A DNA stretch of 64,000 nucleotides from Octopus vulgaris (taxonomy: Eukaryota): assembly GCA_951406725.2 (NCBI GenBank), contig OX597842.1, forward strand, positions 29,946,001 to 30,010,000, read 5' to 3'. Every line of letters starts with the position of its first letter. Position 1 is the first letter of the stretch. Both the position numbers and the translations under genes were made by a program. The notes beneath the pieces were generated by a model. It was not told where the DNA came from. It ran no database searches and saw only the letters and a program-made list of their open reading frames with translations. Below are positions 54,692-64,000 of the stretch, in pieces.

Positions 54692-54867
54692 CACCAAGTA
54701 AGTTAGGGGTTGTGGATCCAACCCTCTAAGGGATAATACTTATCCAATACACTATTGGTATAATACCCAAATTATTAATACACAAGTGTTTTTAATTGCA
54801 ATGCAATAAACTCGCTTATTGTATTAAATGGGTGAAGGTAAAGAAATATTTTACCATTAATTTATAA

Positions 54868-54950
54868 TACAAATAAGAAAATGGAGAAACACATTAGTTG
54901 GTTCAAAGCTGATGAACCAACTAATGTGTTTTTCTATTTTCTTATTTGTA
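54868..54950. repeat. 38-bp inverted repeat
   Basis: 54868-54905 versus 54913-54950, two mismatches, 7-nt spacer, followed by (TA)n. Confidence 0.8.
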
Positions 54951-55269
54951 ATATATATATATATATTAATCTAAATAAGTAACAAGAATGACTCCGGTAA
55001 TTTGGTACGATCGTTTTGTACTACATCATTTTATTAAATGTTGTAAGTATTACAGCAGTTTTAAAATGCCGAGTACTCATCAGCCAATTATAGAATCATT
55101 CTTGTTGCTTATTATGATTATAATCACCCGGCGGATTTTTATGGATAACACCATACAAAATTCTGGTGCATCTAAATTAAGTACCATATTCATTTGAATC
55201 TAAATTTTTGCTGACTTATATAAATATATATTAATCAAAGTGTACACTATTATATATCCATTACCGACG

Positions 55270-55352
55270 GTCTTACTAATCGGTTTCGCACAAGGAGTTG
55301 AATGGAATGTTAGGTATCAGTCCGATTATGTAACACTGTGCTCTTCAGAGGT
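55270..55352 (-). ncRNA. Hammerhead motif with extended loop II
   Basis: Minus strand CT-CTGAAGA-GCACAG...CTTGTGC-GAAA-C-CGATTA-GTA-AG; intact core, weak stem I. Confidence 0.55.
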
Positions 55353-56249
55353 AGCCGTTATGGAATGATGTATGTATATCATTGTTCAGTTTTATTTCAA
55401 GATTTCTTGCCAATAGTGAAAGGACCAGTTTCTAACCTAAATCCAAGGCTCCTTCATTGAAATTTCAACATCAACAACAGAGTATTTTTGTTTGTATGCA
55501 TGTATATATGTATGTATGTATATGTGTAGATTTGTATGTTTTGTTTTATGTATGTATTCTCATGCATATAGCTGTATGTATGTATGTATGTATGTATGTA
55601 TGTATGTATGTATGTATGTATGTATGTATGTATGCATGTATGTATGAATGTATGTATGAATGTATGTATGTATGTTTGTATGTATGTTTGTATGTATGTA
55701 TGTATGTATGTATGTATGTATGTATGTATGTATGAATGTATGTATGTATGTTTGTATGTATGTATGTATGTATGAATGTATGTATGTATGTTTGTATGTA
55801 TGTATGTATGTATGTATGTGTGTATGTATGTATGTATGCATGCATGTATGTATGAATGTATGGAAGACACAGATTGATTCTATAGAATTTGTAACAACAG
55901 CAGTTGAAGAATTGTCAAAAGACAACATCAATTCTTAGAACGCCGATATGTCACCAATCTCTGGACATGTCTTCGAGAAGAATTCGTTCATCATTTTAAA
56001 GAATTTTTCAAAACATGATATACCAATAAGATATGCTCCAGCACCTTCTCTGCAAAAAAAAAAAAAGAAAAATAGCAAGCATAAATGGAACAATTTGAAA
56101 AAGTGACCAAAGAAGCATTATAAGCAGTTGATGGTAGCATATTTGCTAATTATCATCTGAAGTTATCATTTAAGCTTAATTAAAATATATTTTTTTTTAT
56201 AGCGGTTAAAAGAACACGAAATTACTTATATTCAACATACATGCATGCA

Positions 56250-57355
56250 TATCATCATCATTGTTCGACAGTAGTCGAGACAATGGAATTTACTATGTTA
56301 TGCCAGACTTCACGGTCCATCGTAGCATTACGGAGGTCCTGTTGCTGGATGCCTGTATCCCTGGAGATTAGATCAGGGTAGGAGAGTGTGCGCCCTCTGG
56401 TATCACGACCGTGGTCAAGACAATGGAATTTACCATGCTACGCCAGATTTCACGGTCCATCAGAGCATTACGGAGGTCCTGTTGCTGGATGCCTGTATCC
56501 CTGGAGATTACATCAGGGTAGGAGAGTGTGCGCCCTCTGGTATCGCGAGTAGATGGCTTCCAGAGGAGAAGAGTAGAAATTACTTCTTTTTCAGCTCTAC
56601 AACAATGTCCAGCAAACTGGACTCTTCTAACTTTCACAAGAGATGACACAGGTTATATGTGTGTGTATATATATATATATATATCATCATCATCATCATT
56701 GTTCGACCGTGGTTGAGACAATGGAATTTACCATGCTACGCCAGACTTCACGGTCCATTGTAGCATTACGGAGGTCCTGTTGCTGGATGCCTGTATCCCT
56801 GGAGATTAGATCAGGGTAGGAGAGTGTGCGCCCTCTGGTACTGCGAGTAGATGGCTTCCAGAGAAGAGTAGAAATTGCCTCGTTTTCAGCTCTACAACAA
56901 TGTCCACCAAACTGGACTCTTCTACCTTTCACAAGAGATGATACAGGTTATGTGTGTGTGTGTGTGTATATATATATATCATCATCATCATCATCATCAT
57001 TGTTCGACCGTGGTCGAGACAATGGAATTTACTATGTTACGCCAGACTTCACGGTCCATCATAGCATTACGGAGGTCCTGTATCCCTGGAGATTACATCA
57101 GGGTAGGAGAGTGTGAACCCTCTGGTATTGCGAGTAGATGGCTTCCAGAGGAGAAGAGTAGAAATTACCTCTTTTTCAGCTCTACAACAATGTCCAGCAA
57201 ACTGGACTCTCCTACCTTTCACAAGAGATGATACAGGTGGTAGTTTCCAAATATTTGTACTTTGGTTGAATGAGGCTTCCACGAGAGATTTTGAGCTCTC
57301 ATAAGGAGGCGAGTGTAGGTTCCATCCAACCGCCTCTCAAGCTTCTTTGATAACG
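56250..57355 (-). mobile_element. Tandem array of RTE-type LINE 3' ends
   Basis: Three to four copies of the same C-terminal segment as 12141-12719, with (TGA)n tails. Confidence 0.9.
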
Positions 57356-57389
57356 TGTAATGTCCATTATGCACACATAATGTCCATTA

Positions 57390-57794
57390 GCACAGGAGTG
57401 GCTGTGTGGTAAGTAGCTTGTTTACCAACCACATGGTTCCAGGTTCAGTCCCACTGCGTGGCACCTTGGGCAAGTGTCTTCTACTATAGCCTCGGGCCGA
57501 CCAAAGCCTTGTGAGTGGATTCGGTAGACGGAAACTGAAAGAAGCCCGTCGTATATATGTATATATATATGCGTGTGTGTGTTTGTGTGTCTGTGTTTGT
57601 CCCCCTAGCATTGCTTGACAACCGATGCTGGTGTGTTTATGTCCCCGTTACTTAGCGGTTCGGCAAAAGAGACCGATAGAATAAGTACTGGGCTTACAAA
57701 AGAATAAGTCCCGGGGTCGAGTTGCTCGATTAAAGGCGGTGCTCCAGCATGGCCGCAGTCAAATGATTGAAACAAGTAAAAGAGTAAAAGAGTA
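57390..57794 (+). mobile_element. SINE family A, full length
   Basis: Both modules present. Confidence 0.9.
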
Positions 57795-58029
57795 TTAGCG
57801 TTTCAGAAAATATATTTCTCGCAATGGCGTTTATCCTGTGATGTATCTGCTTTGAGTATGATACACAGATGGCTGTTGTAATGTCCTTACCTCAGTAAAT
57901 GTTCTGTCGTTTGTTCGGGCATGTAGGCCAGGAGGAAGGATATGGCTCGCATCGTCTGCTGTTTCGTCTGCGTGTGTTCCGACATCAGTCCTTTCCGGAT
58001 GATTTCGGGGAGATATTGCATCTAGCAAC

Positions 58030-59600
<1,571 letters not shown>

Positions 59601-59871
59601 TTGTCATAATCACCAATGTCGTCGCCATCATTGAAACCAGCGTTGCCAACGGCATCATCATCATCATCAGCAGCAGCAGCAGCCGTAGCAGTAGCAGGAA
59701 GCAACATCCCCATCATAATTATTTATCATTATCATCATCATCATCGTCAGCAGCAACATCAGAAAGAAATAAAAATAAAAAAAGAGAACCATGTGTATAC
59801 AATGGAGAATTAGAGAGAGAGAGACAGAGAGAATAATGTATTCCTATACACACACGTTTATGTGTGTGTGT

Positions 59872-60045
59872 GAGTAGCTGTGTGGTAAGTAGCTTGCTTA
59901 CCAACCACATGGTTCCGGGTTCAATCCCACTGCGTGGCATCTTGGGCAAGCGTCTTCTACTATAGCCCCAGGCCGACCAATGCTTGTGAGTGGATTTGGT
60001 AGACGGAAACTGAAAGAAGCCTGTCGTATATATGTATATATATAC

Positions 60046-60103
<58 letters not shown>

Positions 60104-60619
60104 ATGTTTGTGTGTCTGTGTTTGTTCCCCTAGCATTGCTTGACAACCGGTGCTGGTGTGTTTACGTCCCCGTAACTTAGCAGTTCGGCAAAAGAAACCG
60201 ATGGAATAAGTACTGGGCTTACAAATAGAATAAGCCCCGGGGTCGATTTGCTCGACTAGAGGCGGTGCTCCAGCATGGCCGCAGTCAAATGACTGAAACA
60301 AGTAAAAGCGTATACACACATATATATATATATATTTTTTTATACATGCCCCAGCATGGCCACAGCTCGTGAGCTGAAACTAGATAAAATGAAAAAAAAA
60401 AAAAATAAATACTCTTACGCTTTTACCCTCTTTTACTTGTTTCAGTCATTTGACTGCGGCCATGCTGGAGCACCGCCTTTAGCCGAGCAAATCGAGCTTA
60501 TTCTTTGTAAGCCCTGTACTTATTCTATCGGTCTCTTTTGCCGAACAGCTAAGTTACGGGACGTAAACACACCAGCATCGGTTGTCAAGCAATGCTAGGG
60601 GGACAAACACAGACACACA

Positions 60620-60664
<45 letters not shown>

Positions 60665-60818
60665 GACGGGCTTCTTTCAGTTTCCATCTACCAAATCCAG
60701 TCACAAGGCTTTGGTAGAAGACACTTACCCAAAGTGCCACGCAGTGGGACTGAACCCAGGACCATGTGGTTGGTAAACAAACTACTTACCACACAGCCAA
60801 TCTTACCCCTATATATAT

Positions 60819-60850
<32 letters not shown>

Positions 60851-61008
60851 GACGGGCTTCTTTCAGTTTCCGTCTACCAAATCCACTCACAAGGTTTTGG
60901 TCGACCCGAGGCTATAGTAGAAGACACTTGCCCAAGATGCCACGCAGTGGGACTGAACCCGGAACCATGTGGTTGGTTAGCAAGCTACTTACCACACAGC
61001 CACTCCTG
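59872..61008. mobile_element. Inverted cluster of SINE family A copies
   Basis: Plus copy 59872-60310; minus copies about 60420-60800 and 60850-61008. Confidence 0.88.
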
Positions 61009-61924
61009 TATGTGTATGTATTCACACAAAGAGGTTATCAAGAGGTTGTGAGATGTGCTAAAAATAACAGCTAAAAGAATTTGTTTTTTGAGGGGTTTTT
61101 TTTTTCATAATTGTATGATTTCCCATATGTAGAACAGAAATTTTCAAATATTTTCTGAAAATTCCCCAAAATAAAAAATAGTTATTAGGGTTTATAAGGG
61201 GTACTTAGAACAGAATTCTACCAAATAGACAACAAAAAAACCAAACTTACCAATGTTGGCGTGTTCAGTTTGAATTTGGAAAAATTGCCGATTCCTCGTA
61301 GAATGTTTAGAAGGGTCTCAGTGTCGAGGTTGTCGCGGTGGAGCAAGGAACAAAGGGTTTTTTGTAGATTGGAGAGACAGACCTGTGAAGACAGAATGGC
61401 CAGATGAGAAGAGGAAGAGAAAAAGGATCTTTTCGGTTTGACCGGCAGGTTTTAAAAATTATTTCTTTGTAACTAAACACTTTTAAACTTCGTATACTGG
61501 TAGAATTTGTTTATAAAACATCTTTTTCTCTTGGCTTCATTGAGAAAATTCTATAGTTTCTAAGATATTTGTTGTTTTTTTTTCTTCAATTTCTGCAATT
61601 TCAACCAATCAGTGACGTCTATTGAGGTAAAAAAACATTCTGTGCCATATGAATATGTGCCTCGTTTAAGAAACAGATTGGGATCTTTTCGGTTTGATCG
61701 GCAGTTTTTTAAAATAATTTCCACGTAACTAAACACTTTTAAACTTCGTATACTGGTAGAATGTGTTTATAAAACATCTTTTTCTCTTGGCTTTAGTTGT
61801 TTTTTTTCTTCAATTTCTGCAACTTCAACCAATCAATGACGTCTATTGAGGTGAATACAATTACTACTGTTGTTTGTCAACAACAACTTCCGGCAGTGTA
61901 TATTTCATTTTTATATATTAAATA

Positions 61925-62584
61925 GACTGGCTTCCGTGCCGGTGGTACGTAAAAAGCACCAACCGATCGTGGCCGTTGCCAGCCTCGCCTGGCATGTAAA
62001 AAGCACCCACTACATTCACAGAGTGGTTGGCGTTAGGAAGGGCATCCAGCTGTAGAAACACTGTCAGATAAGACTGGAGCCTGGTGCAGCCTCCTGGCTT
62101 CCCAGACCCTGGTGGAACCGTCCAACCCATGCTACCATGGAGAACGGACGTTAAACGATGATGATGTTATATATATATATATATATCGATACACCAATCC
62201 GATCGTGGCACCAATCCGATCGTGGCACCAATCCGATCGTGGCATTGCCCACCAATCCGATTGTGGCACCAATCCGATCGTGGCATTGCCCACCAATCCG
62301 ATCGTGGCTGTTGCCAGCCTCCCCTGGCACCTGCGCCGGTGGCACGTAAGAATCACCCACTACACTCACGGAGTGGTTGGCATTAGGAAGGACATCCAGC
62401 TGTAGAAACACTGCCAGATCAGACTGGAGCCTGGTGCAGCCTCCTGGCTTCTCAGACCACGGTCGAACCGTCCAACCCATGCTAGCATGGAGAACGGACA
62501 CTAAACGATGATGATAATGATGATGATGATGGTGATGGTGGTGATGGTGATGACGATGATGATGATGACGATGATGATGATGAC

Positions 62585-62617
<33 letters not shown>

Positions 62618-62620
62618 GAT
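61925..62620 (+). mobile_element. Two tandem SINE/LINE-like 3' modules with (GAT)n tails (family D)
   Basis: GTGGTTGGCGTTAGGAAGGGCATCCAGCTGTAGAAAC..GGACGTTAAAC(GAT)n present twice; the second is preceded by short repeats CACCAATCCGATCGTGG. Minus copy at about 51945-52110. Confidence 0.8.
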
Positions 62621-62819
62621 GTAATTAATTCATTTTATAACAGCAAATCTGCCGGTCAAAGTGAAAAGATCCGAGAAAAAGGGAGAGAGAGATGGGGGGT
62701 AGGAGGGATGGAAGACGAGGAGAAGGAAGAGGTGGAATTAATGTATGATGATGGTAAAGGCTACCACGACAGCAGCAACAGCAAGAATAACAAGTGTGGT
62801 AAGCATTGCTATAATCAAC

Positions 62820-63438
62820 ACTACCACCATCACCTCTCACCACCACCCATCACCACCACCCGTCACCACCACCACCACCACCACCTCTTCCACTACCCAT
62901 CACCACAACCAACACCACCACAACCATCACCATCACCACCACCACCACCACCGCCACCATCACCACCACCACCACCACCACCTCTTCCACCACCCATCAC
63001 CACAACCAACACCACCACAACCATCACCATCACCACCACCACCACCACCGCCACCATCACCACCACCACCACCACCACCTCTTCCACCACCCATCACCAC
63101 AACCAACACCACCACAACCATCACCATCACCACCACCACCACCACCGCCACCATCACCACCACCACCACCACCACCACCACCACCACCACCACCACCACC
63201 ACCACCTCTTCCACCACCCATCACCACAACCACCACCACTGCAACCAACACCACCAACACCACTGCCACAATCATTGCCACCACTCTCACCTCTACCATT
63301 GCAATCACCACAACCACCGCCAACACCTCGATCACTGCCACCACCACTATCACTACAACCACCGTTACCACCACCACCACCACCACCACCAACACTGCAT
63401 CCAACACCCCAACCACTGACAACACCACAACCTCCACC

Positions 63439-63470
<32 letters not shown>

Positions 63471-63670
63471 CAAAATCCCCACCCTAACCACTGACACCAG
63501 TCATCACCACCACCACCACCACCACCACCACCACCACCACCACCACCACCACCAATACCACAAACACAACCACCACTATCACAACGACCACTACCACCGT
63601 CATCATCAACACAACCACCATCACCAATACTACAACCACCACCACCACAACCACCACCACAACAACCATG
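62820..63670. repeat. (CCA)n-rich tract with higher-order repeat
   Basis: cctcttccaccacccatcaccacaaccaacacc unit recurs about four times, roughly every 97-126 bp. Confidence 0.9.
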
Positions 63671-63756
63671 ATGATAAGATAACCATAAGATAACGATGTC
63701 TCAAAGGTCACTAATTAACCAACTTGTCTTTCTTCTCAACACACACACACATATAT

Positions 63757-63990
63757 TCTTTATTCTCTTACATGTTTCAGTCATTTGACTGTGGCCATGC
63801 TGGAGCACCGCCTTAAAGGGTTTTAGTTGAAGAAATTCACCCCTCTCCCAGGACTTACTCTTTGTAAGCCTAGTACTTATTCTATCGGTCTCTTTTGCTG
63901 AACCGCTAAGTGATGGGGACATAAACACACCAGCATTGGTTGTCAAGCAATGCTAGGGGGACAAACACAGCCACACAAACACACACACAC
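63757..63990 (-). mobile_element. SINE family A 3' module (continues beyond the window)
   Basis: tttcagtcatttgactgtggccatgctggagcaccgcc...gcaatgctagggggacaaacacag. Confidence 0.85.
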
Positions 63991-64000
63991 ATATATATAT

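Noticed and set aside
55861-56053. Coding-looking unique stretch (WKTQIDSIEFVTTAVEELSKDNINS..)
   Set aside because: In-frame stop, no recognisable motif and no convincing splice sites; may be an old TE fragment, but a translated search would be needed.

Overview
Repeat-saturated animal genomic DNA, very likely octopus or another coleoid cephalopod (inferred from the tRNA-derived SINE families and extreme microsatellite load, not from a database search). Only one host protein-coding gene is supported: a canonical noggin (BMP antagonist) at 31706-32470 (+), with an uninterrupted CDS preceded directly by a splice acceptor. Nearly all other ORFs in the track are microsatellite or SINE artefacts. 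The remainder is SINEs, 3' fragments of RTE, CR1 and R4/Dong-like LINEs, mariner remnants, Tc2/pogo-type MITEs, non-autonomous Helitrons, minisatellites and a 100-N gap. Top leads: (i) about a dozen short, often fold-back elements in or near (TA)n tracts that carry minimal type I hammerhead-ribozyme motifs (Penelope/retrozyme-like), some with a CCGACGA-type variant core; (ii) a unique island at about 47.0 kb containing a pre-miRNA-like hairpin whose 3' arm begins with the miR-2-family sequence UAUCACAG, overlapping a perfect Mad/Medea/Schnurri-type BMP response element; (iii) a recurrent NCGCCATT motif in non-repetitive islands around noggin. All structures were folded and aligned by eye, and repeat boundaries are approximate.
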